A DNA stretch of 63,203 nucleotides, filler included, from Candidatus Fermentibacterota bacterium (GTDB lineage: Bacteria > JAFGKV01): assembly GCA_016928395.1 (NCBI GenBank). It is 6 parts of 6 records of this genome, joined end to end, with 100 filler letters (N's around TTAATTAATTAA, not from the genome) between each part and the next. Parts side by side here need not be neighbours in the genome. Positions count along the whole stretch, not along the records: positions 11,757 to 19,892 come from JAFGKV010000015.1; positions 19,993 to 41,299 come from JAFGKV010000115.1; 4 more parts are not named here. One strand, 5' to 3'. Under the pieces are notes generated by a model. That model was given only the letters and a program-made list of their open reading frames with translations, searched no databases and was not told where the DNA came from. How positions within the stretch are numbered: position 1 is the first letter of the stretch; every line of letters starts with the position of its first letter. Shown piece after piece: positions 18,245 through 27,717 of this stretch. The position numbers and the translations under genes were made by a program.

Positions 18245-19405
18245 TCAGGCTTCTGTGGAGAACAAGGCTTCGGGGCGAATCACCGCCTCTGCCAAGGGAA
18301 CCGCCTCCACGCGTTCGGATAGTGCATACCGACGCGATCCAGGGTACACGACGGCAATTCGTTCCAGTTGCAGATCCGCCAAGGCGACGCGCATCGACGA
18401 CGTCAGCCGCGGTGCGTCCACTCGCTTGCACTCGATACCGTAGTGCCGCCCGTGCATAACCAGCAATAGATCCAGCTCGGCACCTTGATGCGTCGCCCAG
18501 AAGTGCGCGCTGTCGGGCTCGATGGCCCGCAGGATCTCCTCGATCACGTATCCCTCCCATGAGGCTCCGCACTTCGGGTGCCGGAGCAGATCCCCCTCGG
18601 TGCTGACGCCAAGGAGGTAGTGTAGCAGCCCCGAATCGCGGAAGTACACTTTGGGAGACTTGACCTGCCGCTTTCGCAGGTTGGTGTGCCACGCCGGTAA
18701 CGAACGCACCATGAACAGGTCGCAGAGCAGATCGAGGTAGCGGCGTGCGGTGGTCTCCCCAATACCAAGTGAACGAGCAGGCTCGGCTGCGTTCCAGATC
18801 TGCCCGTGATAGTGCGCAACCATACTCCAGAAGCGGAACATGGTTGTGGCCGAGGCGGCAAAGCCCAGTTGTGGAACGTCACGTTCGAGGAAGGTCTGGA
18901 CGAACTCCCGCCGCCAGCGGAAGGAGCTCTCATCGTCTCTGGCAAGGAACGACAGGGGGAAGCCTCCTCGAAGCCAATGGCGTGAATGGGCGGTCAGGCC
19001 GGTCTCCTCCAGAGTGAGGCCACCCATGGAGACCCGCTCGACTCTACCAGCCAAGGACTCCGATGACTGACGAAGCAGGCCGGGGGAAGCGCTACCCAGG
19101 AGTACGAAGCGCGCGGGAAGGGGTGTGCGGTCCGCCAAGACGCGAAGTACCGGAAACAAGTCTGGCCGTCGCTGAATCTCGTCAATGACGACAACTCCAC
19201 GAAGGTCTTCGAGAGCAGACATCGGCTCATCAAGGCGGGCCAGATCGCGAGGGTCCTCCAAGTCAAAGTACTCCGGCGCCCCCGCGGGCACGATTTGCCG
19301 CGCCAGGGTCGTCTTGCCGCATTGGCGAGGCCCGAGCAGCGCAACCACCCGGTTACGTTGCAGCGCTCGCTTGACGCGTTGGAGCAGATCGGTTCGAGGA
19401 AGCAT
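18245..19405 (-). CDS. AAA_14 ATPase with wHTH and DUF4143 PD-(D/E)XK-like domain
   Basis: GPRQCGKTTL, VIDEIQ, LLGSAS, SESLAGR, RGGFP, KSPKVYFRDSGL, ELDLL...IECK. Confidence 0.93.
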   Translation of the reverse strand: MLPRTDLLQRVKRALQRNRVVALLGPRQCGKTTLARQIVPAGAPEYFDLEDPRDLARLDEPMSALEDLRGVVVIDEIQRRPDLFPVLRVLADRTPLPARFVLLGSASPGLLRQSSESLAGRVERVSMGGLTLEETGLTAHSRHWLRGGFPLSFLARDDESSFRWRREFVQTFLERDVPQLGFAASATTMFRFWSMVAHYHGQIWNAAEPARSLGIGETTARRYLDLLCDLFMVRSLPAWHTNLRKRQVKSPKVYFRDSGLLHYLLGVSTEGDLLRHPKCGASWEGYVIEEILRAIEPDSAHFWATHQGAELDLLLVMHGRHYGIECKRVDAPRLTSSMRVALADLQLERIAVVYPGSRRYALSERVEAVPLAEAVIRPEALFSTEA

Positions 19406-19411
19406 GCAGTC

Positions 19412-19454
19412 ATGCTACCATGAAATTCCCCCATGTCAAGGTGGATTTTCATGG
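19412..19454 (-). promoter_or_regulatory. Putative leaderless promoter with inverted repeat upstream of AAA-DUF4143 gene
   Basis: Minus strand TTGACA-N16-TAGCAT-N6-ATG; 12-bp imperfect inverted repeat CCATGAAATTCC/GGATTTTCATGG brackets the -35 box. Confidence 0.55.
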
Positions 19455-19892
19455 CACGATACCTGCGAGGCAGGTGCGTGCACGGTTCGAGGTCACTGTC
19501 CTTCCGGATTGATCCTTGGTGGTCGTGTCTTGGCGCCGGCGCCATCGTGAGTGGTGTCAGAGCGACGTCTGGCAAGCTCACCGAGTCTGGAAAGAGACCA
19601 TCGGCTCATGACCCGCCCCTCAGACTTCACCGATCTATCCAGCCTCCCCAGACTGGCCTCAGAGGCAGTGTTCCTTCCAGACCTCTTCACCCCTTCAGTT
19701 CTTCACCAGGGCGTGAAGTCTCAGGATGCTTCAACGGGTCCGGAGGTCTTATCTGGAAAGCTAATCGCTCGGAAACTTGACATTTTACCTACGTCCCGTG
19801 CGCCCGCACCACGTATCGTCCGGGCTGGCCCGGGGCCCCCACTAAGCTGTAACTTCACTCCACGCGGCACCCATCACCCTCATCCCCCGCAT

Positions 19893-19992
19893 NNNNNNNN
19901 NNNNNNNNNNNNNNNNNNNNNNNNNNNNNNNNNNNNTTAATTAATTAANNNNNNNNNNNNNNNNNNNNNNNNNNNNNNNNNNNNNNNNNNNN
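19893..19992. other. Artificial contig linker
   Basis: N44-TTAATTAATTAA-N44. Confidence 0.98.
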
Positions 19993-20003
19993 CCGGCTGT
20001 CTT

Positions 20004-20292
20004 CCAGATTCTGACTACTGGATTCTGGATACTGCCCTGCGTCTCCTCACTCCTCACTTGGAAGAGACCAAAGCGAACCCGTCCATCCATCCATCGTTCC
20101 ACGCATCCGTCCATCTCGATATTCTACTTGTGGAATATTCCATGGCTGGAATATCGCATTGCTCCAGACATCCCCATCGTGCATCATTACAGATCCCGGG
20201 CTGAAATGCCCGGTGCTCGTCGACACCAATGGCGAACCCGATAGCGATAGCGATGGGAGAGCATGAGGGAGGGCAGAGGCGCCCTCCCCTAC
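20004..20292. repeat. Mosaic of short tandem repeats and a GTAG-type REP hairpin
   Basis: Heptamers CCAGATT/CTGACTA/CTGGATT/CTGGATA, octamers CCATCCAT/CCATCGTT/CCACGCAT, CGATAG hexamers, GGGAGGGC-N6-GCCCTCCC-CTAC hairpin. Confidence 0.6.
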
Positions 20293-20354
20293 GAATCGAA
20301 CCACGGGAGACGGCTGGGAGCCACCCAACCCTGAACCCTTGCGCCTCGAACCGA

Positions 20355-21668
20355 CTACGGCGCCGGGATGACGTCCTGGAGGGCTGAGGCCCACATCAGA
20401 AGGCGCTCGTCGGCGCCGAAGGGGGCCACCAGTTGCAGGCCCAGAGGCAGGCCGCGGGGCCCGCGGCCTGCGGGGAGGCTCAAGGCGGGCATACCCCCAT
20501 GGGTCCACGGCAGATTCATGATGGGGTTGCCGGTGGAGGACAACCCCTCTGGCGCCTCGCCCTGGGCCGAAGGCGAGATCCAGAGGTCAACCCCATGCCG
20601 AACCATGGCCTCCTCCATCTCCTCTCGCAGCGTTCGCATACCGGCTCTGGCCTCGGCCAGCTCTGCGGCGGAGACCGTCTGGCCTTCGAGGATCAAATCT
20701 CGTGTGGCCGGGCCATACAGCGAGCCATGGGAAGCGAACCATTCCCGGTGTACATGGGCGAACTCCGCGGCGACCATGCGCCGGTGACGGCGGTTCACCT
20801 TGTCGATAGTCGGAAGCAGGGGCGCCTCCTCAATGGCGCACCCGGCACCGCGGAGGCGTGTCACACACTCCCGGAACCCGGCCAGGCCTTCGGGATGTGC
20901 CTGGGCCAGGTAGGGCCCCGCAGGGATTCCGAGAACCGGCGGCGAGGTAGAAGGCGCCTCAGCCCGCCAGTCCGGTATGGCGGCTGCCGCGACATGGGCC
21001 ATCCCCTCCACATCCTGGGTGAAGAAACCCACCGTGTCCGCCGACGCGGAGAAGGAAACTATGCCGGTGGTACTGACGCGGCCAAGGCTGGGCTTGAACC
21101 CGACTACTCCGCAGTAGGCGGCGGGGCGTATGATGGAGCCGATGGTCTGGGTTCCCACTGCGACATGACACAGCCCCGCGGCAACCGCGGCCGCGGAGCC
21201 GCTGCTGGATCCGCCGGGAGTGTGGGACGGGTCATGGGGATTGCGGGTTGGACCGGGCTGGAAGAAGGCGAACTCCGTGGTGATGGTCTTGCCGAGCACG
21301 AATGCGCCGGCATCGCGGAGGCAACGAACGACGGCGGCCTCTTCGCCCTTGAAGAGCTCATGCGGGAGCCTCGAACCGGCCCGAGTCGGAAGGCCTTCCA
21401 CGTGGAAGATGTCCTTCACGCCCACCATGACGCCGAAGAGGGGCGGCCGGGTGGTGGGGTCGGGGGACGTCTCGCGCAGACGACGGGCTTCTTCGCGCAA
21501 TCGTTCCCTCCGATTCGGCTCGGGAAGGAAGGCGTGGATGCGGCGGTCGACCTTCTCGATCAGGTTGCACGCCGCCTCGATGTGGGCGACAAGGTCACTA
21601 GCGTCGCTTCGCAGGGCAACCACGTCGGACGCCAGGAGCGCAGGGTTCAGGAGAGGGTATTCAGCCAT
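20355..21668 (-). CDS. Amidase signature family protein
   Basis: GVKD, TPGGSSSGSAAAVAAG, GTQTIGSIIRPAAYCGVVGFKPS (Ser-cisSer-Lys triad). Confidence 0.93.
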   Translation of the reverse strand: MAEYPLLNPALLASDVVALRSDASDLVAHIEAACNLIEKVDRRIHAFLPEPNRRERLREEARRLRETSPDPTTRPPLFGVMVGVKDIFHVEGLPTRAGSRLPHELFKGEEAAVVRCLRDAGAFVLGKTITTEFAFFQPGPTRNPHDPSHTPGGSSSGSAAAVAAGLCHVAVGTQTIGSIIRPAAYCGVVGFKPSLGRVSTTGIVSFSASADTVGFFTQDVEGMAHVAAAAIPDWRAEAPSTSPPVLGIPAGPYLAQAHPEGLAGFRECVTRLRGAGCAIEEAPLLPTIDKVNRRHRRMVAAEFAHVHREWFASHGSLYGPATRDLILEGQTVSAAELAEARAGMRTLREEMEEAMVRHGVDLWISPSAQGEAPEGLSSTGNPIMNLPWTHGGMPALSLPAGRGPRGLPLGLQLVAPFGADERLLMWASALQDVIPAP

Positions 21669-21864
21669 GGTCACTCCGCACGGGCGATGGAGCGTTCATG
21701 TCGCCTCCTCACCCTCTCCCTCTCCTGTGAGGAGAGGGGATGCTGGAACTCCGCCGGCTTCAGGACTTGTGGACAACTGAGGCCCTCCGAGGCACTTGGC
21801 GTTGCTGACAATTGCCCGAACGACACAGAATCACGACCCCGGGCATATCTGCGTCGGTAGCCTG

Positions 21865-21963
21865 CTGTTGGGTTACGATGCGCTCACCCAACCTACATCT
21901 ACTTCTGTTGGGTTACGCTGCACTGACCCAACCTACATCTACTGATGACTGAGAACTGAGAAC
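21865..21963 (-). repeat. Tandem pair of GTAG-family REP hairpins plus heptamer run
   Basis: Two 40-bp-period units TGTTGGGTTACG(a/c)TGC...ACCCAACCTACATCTACT, followed by ACTGATG ACTGAGA ACTGAGA. Confidence 0.75.
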
Positions 21964-21981
21964 TCCTCGCACCGCGAGGCC

Positions 21982-23172
21982 TCACACCACCCCCTGGGCC
22001 CGCAGGTCGTCGATCCGGGCGTGGGGCATGCCCAGGAGTGACGACAAGACCGAGTCCGTGTGTTCGCCGACATCCGGTGCCCGGGTCAACGGGGGTTCGA
22101 TCGGCACCGAGGAGAGCTTGATGGGATTGCCCGGCACCAGAACCGTTCCCGCCACGGGATCTTCCACGTCTACCAGCATGTTTCTCGCCTTGAGCTGCCG
22201 GTTCTCCACCACGCGGTCGATGGTGTTGACCGGGCCGCAGGGCACTCCCGCCGCCTCCAGAATCACAAGCCACTCAGCCACGGTCTTGACCGCAAACACG
22301 GGTTCTAGGAGGGCGATCAGATCCTCCAGCGCGTCGGTGCGGGAGGCATTGGTAGCGAAGCGCGTCTCCGCGGCCCAATCGGGCCGGCCGATGGCCTGGC
22401 AGAGCCTAACCCAGATGCCATCATTGCCGGCTCCCACCACGAAATAGCCATCCAGGGCCTTGAAGGCCTGAAATGGCGTGATGGTCGGATGCCTGTTGCC
22501 CAGAGGCCCCGGCGGCACGCCGTCGACCTGGAACCGCGCGACGGCATTCTCCAGAATGGCCAACTGGCAATCCAGCATCGCCACGTCAACCTTCTGGCCG
22601 CGGCCCGTCTTCTCCCGCTCGTACAAAGCTCCCATGATGCCGACTGCGGTAAACAGCGAGGCGGTGATATCGCCGGTGGACATGCCGACCCGGGTCGGCG
22701 GCATGTCGGGCCAGCCGGTGATGCTCATGATGCCGCCCATGGCCTGTACCAGGATGTCGTAGGCGGGCCTCTTGGAGTCGGGGCCCGTGTGCCCAAACCC
22801 TGAGATAGCGGCATAGATGAGCCGGCTGTTGTGCTCCCGCAGCATCTCATACCCCAGGCCCAAACGTTCCATGACGCCGGGGCTGTAGTTCTCAACCAGC
22901 ACATCGGACTGCATGACCAGATCCAGGAGAATCCCGCGGCCCCGCTCGGTCTTCAGGTTGAGAGTCACGCTCCGTTTGCCGCGGTTGATGGCGAAGAAGT
23001 AGAGGCTCGTCCCATTCTTGAATGGCCCGAAGGCGCGGGAGTCGTCGCCGCGCCCCGGGATCTCCACCTTAATCACGTCGGCCCCGAGATCACTCAAGAC
23101 CATGGTACAGAAGGGACCCGCCAGCACCCGGGTAAGGTCTACCACGCGGATTCCCTCAAGCGGTCTGGCCAT
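21982..23172 (-). CDS. Family III CoA-transferase (CaiB/BaiF/Frc)
   Basis: PLEGIRVVDLTRVLAGPFCT..L.DLGADVIKVE, NRGKRSV, ISGFG..GP, catalytic Asp in GDITAS. Confidence 0.95.
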   Translation of the reverse strand: MARPLEGIRVVDLTRVLAGPFCTMVLSDLGADVIKVEIPGRGDDSRAFGPFKNGTSLYFFAINRGKRSVTLNLKTERGRGILLDLVMQSDVLVENYSPGVMERLGLGYEMLREHNSRLIYAAISGFGHTGPDSKRPAYDILVQAMGGIMSITGWPDMPPTRVGMSTGDITASLFTAVGIMGALYEREKTGRGQKVDVAMLDCQLAILENAVARFQVDGVPPGPLGNRHPTITPFQAFKALDGYFVVGAGNDGIWVRLCQAIGRPDWAAETRFATNASRTDALEDLIALLEPVFAVKTVAEWLVILEAAGVPCGPVNTIDRVVENRQLKARNMLVDVEDPVAGTVLVPGNPIKLSSVPIEPPLTRAPDVGEHTDSVLSSLLGMPHARIDDLRAQGVV

Positions 23173-25519
23173 GTCGCGCCTCCTTTTCCATCACCGCCAA
23201 GGCCACCTTTTCGGCCGTCAGGGGCATGGAGGTCAATCGCACACCCAAGGCATCCTCCAGCGCATTGGCCACCATGGGCGCGGCGGGAAGCATGGGGTGT
23301 TCCCCGATACCCCGGGCGCCGAACGGCCCGTCGGGCTGGGGCACCTCCACGATAATGGGCACTATCTCATCGGGAATATCCATGGCGGTGGGGATCTTAT
23401 AGTCTGTGAAGTTGGGGTTTGCCAGTCTGCCATGCTCATCGAACCGCATGTCTTCGTAGAGCACGGTGGCCAGGCCCTGCACCAGGCCGCCCTCTATCTG
23501 GGCCTTTACCATGCGGGGGTTGATGGCCTTTCCGGCGTCCAAGGCCTCAACCACCTTGCGTACCCGCATTTTGCCGGTCTGCCGGTCGACTTCCAGGGTC
23601 AATGCGGCGGCACCCACCGTGTAGTGCACATTGGGATGCCCGCCCTGGCCGGTCTCAGGGTCGGAAACCGCCGAGGCGTACTCAGGCATGAACATGCCGC
23701 GTCCCACGATGGGACCGCCCCGGTAGGTGCCGTCTTCGGTCTGGATACCCGAGATCACGAAAGAGCGCAAGGCAAGGCAGAAATCAGGCCTCGTACGGCA
23801 TTTCAGGGTCTCGTCTTCCAGGTAGAGGCTCTCCTGGGGGATGTGCAGGGCGCGCTCCGCGACGGCGAAAATCTGTTCCCGGGCATCCAGCGCGGCACGG
23901 CGCACGGCATTGCCAGTGCTCCATGTGATATGGGATGCCACGGTCTGCCATTCGTAGGGGTTGCGGTCGGTGTCGGGGGTCTCTACTCGAATCTTGTGAG
24001 GCGGTACGGTGAGCACCTCGGCCGCGATCTGGGCCATGGCGGTGAGCACTCCCTGCCCGATCTCCATGGCTGATATCAGGATATTGATGCTGCCATCCTC
24101 ATTGAACTTCAGAAAGGCGGTGGATGAAGCATTGGGCGGCATGGCAGGGGCTTTCCACAGCAGAGAAAACCCCTTGCCCACCAAGGCGGTGGAGCTGGAA
24201 GGGGGCTCCTTCTCGCCCCATTTGATCTCCTCTGCCACGCGATCGATGGCCTCAAGAAGACCGTTGGGGTTCATCGAGGCGCCATAGGCGAGAACGTCGC
24301 CCTCCCGGATGGCATTGTGCCTTCGGAAGGCGACCGGATCCATACCGATGGCGTGGGAGGCCTTGTCCACCATGCTCTCCAGCCCGAAGAGGAACTCGGA
24401 ATAACCGAATCCACGGTACGGGCCGCCGGGCGGCAGATTGGTATAGATGCAGAGCGAGTCGATGACGACATGGGGAATCCTGTACGGGCCCGTGGCCGAG
24501 AGCCCCACGGCGTTCACCACGTTGGCGCCATACTCCACGTAGGCGCCGGCATCCCAGTACAGCGTATGGGACAGGGCCGTGATGGCGCCGTCTCTCTTTA
24601 CCCCCATGCGCAGCTCCGACCGAAGCCCCAGGCGCTGGTACGTATTGTAGAACTCCTGCTCCCGCGACCAGCATAGCTTCACCGGCTTGCCGCGCAACTT
24701 CGTCGCCAAGGTCGCGGCCAGGATCTCCATGGTGACGCCGGCTTTGCCGCCGAATCCTCCGCCCACGTAGGGCGTGATCACGCGCACGTCATGGTGGGTT
24801 AGCCCCAGCGGCGCCAGCGTTTCTGCGAACAGATTCCGCTGGGTATGGGGGGATTGGGATGCCGTCCACACGGTGAGCCGGCCTGACTGGTCGAAGAGGG
24901 CCACGGCCCCATGGGGTTCAATGGCGCAGTGGGCATACCGAGGCACGGTGAACACCCCGTCCACCACGACATCGGCATCGGCGAAGCCCTGGGCCGCATC
25001 TCCCCTTCGGATCTTACGCCAATGGGCGATGTTCGTACCTGCCTTGGGGAAGAACCACGGCACATGCTCGTAGTTGCCCAGCTCGGGGTGAACCCGCACC
25101 CCGTCATCCTTGAGCGCCTCCATCTGGTCGAAGACCGCGGGCAGCGGCTCGTAGTCGACCCATACCGCGGCAGCAGCCGCCTGGGCGGCGGCAGGGCTCC
25201 GAGCCACCACCACAGCCACCTGTTCACCCACGAAGCGCACCCGGTCGGCGGCCAACACAAAGCGGTCTTTCATGTAGAGCCCGAAGTGAAGACCGGCGAA
25301 GTCCTTACCCGTGAATACCGCCACTACCCCCGGCATCCCTTGGGCGTGGGAGGTATCGATGCCGCGAATGAGCGCATGGGCGTGGGGGCTTTCCACGACC
25401 CAGGCATAGTGCACATTCGGGCCAAACTCCACATCATCCACGAACTGGGCGGCTCCTGAGACCTTCTCCCGTCCCTCCAAGCGCTCAACGGGCGCGCCAA
25501 TGAACCGATAGTCACTCAT
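23156..25519 (-). CDS. Xanthine dehydrogenase-family molybdopterin-binding large subunit
   Basis: SQSPH, VGGGFGGK, PYRGFG, EIGQG, TVASH, QIEGGLVQG, GARGIGE. Confidence 0.93.
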   Translation of the reverse strand: MSDYRFIGAPVERLEGREKVSGAAQFVDDVEFGPNVHYAWVVESPHAHALIRGIDTSHAQGMPGVVAVFTGKDFAGLHFGLYMKDRFVLAADRVRFVGEQVAVVVARSPAAAQAAAAAVWVDYEPLPAVFDQMEALKDDGVRVHPELGNYEHVPWFFPKAGTNIAHWRKIRRGDAAQGFADADVVVDGVFTVPRYAHCAIEPHGAVALFDQSGRLTVWTASQSPHTQRNLFAETLAPLGLTHHDVRVITPYVGGGFGGKAGVTMEILAATLATKLRGKPVKLCWSREQEFYNTYQRLGLRSELRMGVKRDGAITALSHTLYWDAGAYVEYGANVVNAVGLSATGPYRIPHVVIDSLCIYTNLPPGGPYRGFGYSEFLFGLESMVDKASHAIGMDPVAFRRHNAIREGDVLAYGASMNPNGLLEAIDRVAEEIKWGEKEPPSSSTALVGKGFSLLWKAPAMPPNASSTAFLKFNEDGSINILISAMEIGQGVLTAMAQIAAEVLTVPPHKIRVETPDTDRNPYEWQTVASHITWSTGNAVRRAALDAREQIFAVAERALHIPQESLYLEDETLKCRTRPDFCLALRSFVISGIQTEDGTYRGGPIVGRGMFMPEYASAVSDPETGQGGHPNVHYTVGAAALTLEVDRQTGKMRVRKVVEALDAGKAINPRMVKAQIEGGLVQGLATVLYEDMRFDEHGRLANPNFTDYKIPTAMDIPDEIVPIIVEVPQPDGPFGARGIGEHPMLPAAPMVANALEDALGVRLTSMPLTAEKVALAVMEKEARHGQTA

Positions 25520-25976
25520 GGCATCGCCTCCCTAGACTCTGCACCGCCTCGATGATGGGCCTGTATCCCGTGCAGCGGCAGAGGTTCCCTGCCAACGCTT
25601 CCTTGATCTGTCCCTCAGTGGGATGGGGCGTATCGCGCAGAAGCTCGGTGGCGGTCACGATCATCCCCGGGGCGCAGAAACCGCATTGAAACGAATCGTT
25701 GGCGAGAAACGCCTCCTGGAGCGCCGTCAGACCGTCTGCGGCGATGCCTTCCAGGGTCGTGATCTCATGGCCGTCAACTTCCACGGCCAGAATTAGGCAA
25801 CTGCGTACACTACGACCATCCAGCAAGACGGTGCAGGTGCCGCAGTCTCCGCGATTGCACCCAGCCTTGGGGCTCTTGATTCCCAGGCGATCCCGCACTA
25901 CGTCCAGCAGGATCTCCCACGGCTCTACCGCGATGCTGCGCCGCTCGCCATTCAGCATGAATGTGATGGTGGTCAT
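25512..25976 (-). CDS. Xanthine dehydrogenase-family 2x[2Fe-2S] small subunit
   Basis: GCNRGDCGTCTV...SC; QCGFCAPG; GNLCRCTGY. Confidence 0.95.
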   Translation of the reverse strand: MTTITFMLNGERRSIAVEPWEILLDVVRDRLGIKSPKAGCNRGDCGTCTVLLDGRSVRSCLILAVEVDGHEITTLEGIAADGLTALQEAFLANDSFQCGFCAPGMIVTATELLRDTPHPTEGQIKEALAGNLCRCTGYRPIIEAVQSLGRRCHE

Positions 25977-25977
25977 T

Positions 25978-26868
25978 TCAGCCTCCCAGAAGTGCCATGG
26001 CGGGCGGTTCGCCGCGCAGCCTGCGGGCGGCCTCCAGAAGCCCCCGCTCCAGCATGAGCGCGGCCATGTGCCGGCGATAGGCTTGGCTGGCACGAATATC
26101 CGAGATGGGTGCAATCTCCCCGTCGACGGCGGCCTTGGCTCGAGTCAGGGTTTCCTCGTCGAGCTCTCGACCGGCGAGCAATTCCTCGATAGTATGTGCC
26201 CTGGCCGGGATCGGGCCCAGCGCGCAGAAGGCCACGCGGTAGGTCTTGTCTTCCAGTGCCATCACCGCGACTCCGGCCTGGGCGAGGTCCTCGCCTCGAT
26301 AGCGCCCGAGTTTCACATAGCAGCCCGCATGTCGTCTCTGCGGACGGGGTACCGTGACTGAGACCACCAACTCGTCGGGACGGCGCGCCGTCTGTTTGGG
26401 GCCGGTGAACCACTGGTGAATCGAGACGTTTCTCTCGCCGCGAGCAGAGGCCAGGTGCACGTGGGCGTCGTGCACCAGCACCGCGGGGCCGCAATCCAGC
26501 GACGGTACCGCGGAGCATAGGTTTCCCGCCAGAGTCGCGCGGTTCCTGATCCCGGTCGAGGCCACGGTGGCGGCGCTCTCGGCGATCAGGGGAAACCCGT
26601 CCCGAACCTCGGGGGAGCATAGGATGTCAGAGAAGGTCACCCCCGCAGCTATTTCCAGCCGGTCATCACTCACCGCGATGCGGCGAAAACCGGCCAGATC
26701 CTTGACGTCGATCACGCACTCGGGAACGAGGCGGCCTTCCTTCAGGTGTACCACCACATCGGTTCCCCCGGCCATGATCGTGGCCCTCTCGCCGTGCAAT
26801 GCCAACAGGGAAAGGACTTCCACCACGGTGGAAGGCCGGGCGTAGGAGAACTGGTGCACAATTGCCAT
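25978..26868 (-). CDS. Xanthine dehydrogenase-family FAD-binding medium subunit
   Basis: MAGGTDV, IRNRATLAGNL, PISDIRAS..YR; AGGAG RBS. Confidence 0.93.
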   Translation of the reverse strand: MAIVHQFSYARPSTVVEVLSLLALHGERATIMAGGTDVVVHLKEGRLVPECVIDVKDLAGFRRIAVSDDRLEIAAGVTFSDILCSPEVRDGFPLIAESAATVASTGIRNRATLAGNLCSAVPSLDCGPAVLVHDAHVHLASARGERNVSIHQWFTGPKQTARRPDELVVSVTVPRPQRRHAGCYVKLGRYRGEDLAQAGVAVMALEDKTYRVAFCALGPIPARAHTIEELLAGRELDEETLTRAKAAVDGEIAPISDIRASQAYRRHMAALMLERGLLEAARRLRGEPPAMALLGG

Positions 26869-26893
26869 AGAATACACTCCTGTGCGGTGGCGG

Positions 26894-27715
26894 TCACTCC
26901 TCTGGAGGCGCCAAAGCGACGATACGGCACATGGAGGATTCCAGCTCCATGCCGCGCAGCGGGAACAGGCCGATCCACACCCGGCGGTTGCTCAACCGGT
27001 CGATTTCTCCCCCCAGGTTCTCGGCGTGAACCAGCCGCTTCGGGAAAAGCTTCAGGTGCATTACCTGGTAGAATTCGTCGGGGGGAAACATCTCGTCCCA
27101 CGGTTTTCCATACCGCTGCAGGAGCCGTGCCTCGGCCTCGTGAAACCGTTTCGGATGCCAGTCGCGAATGATGGTGTTCATGGGATGATCGGCGCTGCCA
27201 CAGTCGACGCCAATCCACTTGAACTTCATGTCCAGCGCCCAGGTGTGGAAGTCAGGACTGGGGCCGGGATGCTTCACGAAGTAGCGGATCTCGTCGGATT
27301 CCGGCCTGTCCCACGAGTAGCGGTGATAGCCGGTATTGATGATCAGGATGTCGCCCTTTTTGATATCGGCACGACCGCTGAGCAGCTCAGGGGAGTAGAG
27401 GTCGTAATCGCCGACGTGAGACGAGATGTCCACCACGACGCCCGGGCCGATCCATTCCTCCAGAGGCACCTGTCCGATGGTGCGCCCGCTGGCGTGGAAG
27501 TGAATCTCTCCGTCTATGTGAGTGCCCACGTGATTGCTGGTGGTGATGATCTGGCCGTTGGCGCCCTGCCCCATGTGGGCCCCGGCGAGACGCTTGAAGT
27601 ACTGGATGCCCAGCGGCATGTAGCTGGGCCACGGGGGCGTATGCACGCTCAGCGGTTGGGTCAAATCGTAGACGGCGACCCGGTCCATGAAGGCAAGGAA
27701 CTCATCGATACGCAT
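26894..27715 (-). CDS. Cyclase-family (kynurenine formamidase-like) metal hydrolase
   Basis: HxGTHxD motif NHVGTHIDG; IGVDCGSAD; HAENL. Confidence 0.9.
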   Translation of the reverse strand: MRIDEFLAFMDRVAVYDLTQPLSVHTPPWPSYMPLGIQYFKRLAGAHMGQGANGQIITTSNHVGTHIDGEIHFHASGRTIGQVPLEEWIGPGVVVDISSHVGDYDLYSPELLSGRADIKKGDILIINTGYHRYSWDRPESDEIRYFVKHPGPSPDFHTWALDMKFKWIGVDCGSADHPMNTIIRDWHPKRFHEAEARLLQRYGKPWDEMFPPDEFYQVMHLKLFPKRLVHAENLGGEIDRLSNRRVWIGLFPLRGMELESSMCRIVALAPPEE

Positions 27716-27717
27716 TG

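Noticed and set aside
20433-21860. Long antisense ORFs (also 7329-7961, 9765-10649, 23018-24073, 26882-27940, 48010-49359, 55711-57198)
   Set aside because: Shadow frames of real GC-rich genes with no family motifs
21865-21943. Mini CRISPR array
   Set aside because: Only two adjacent units with no spacer-length unique sequence and no cas genes; fits REP hairpins
23156-25519. Aerobic CO dehydrogenase CoxL or confident xdhA call
   Set aside because: Lacks AYxCSFR and the GGKE Glu; substrate left unassigned
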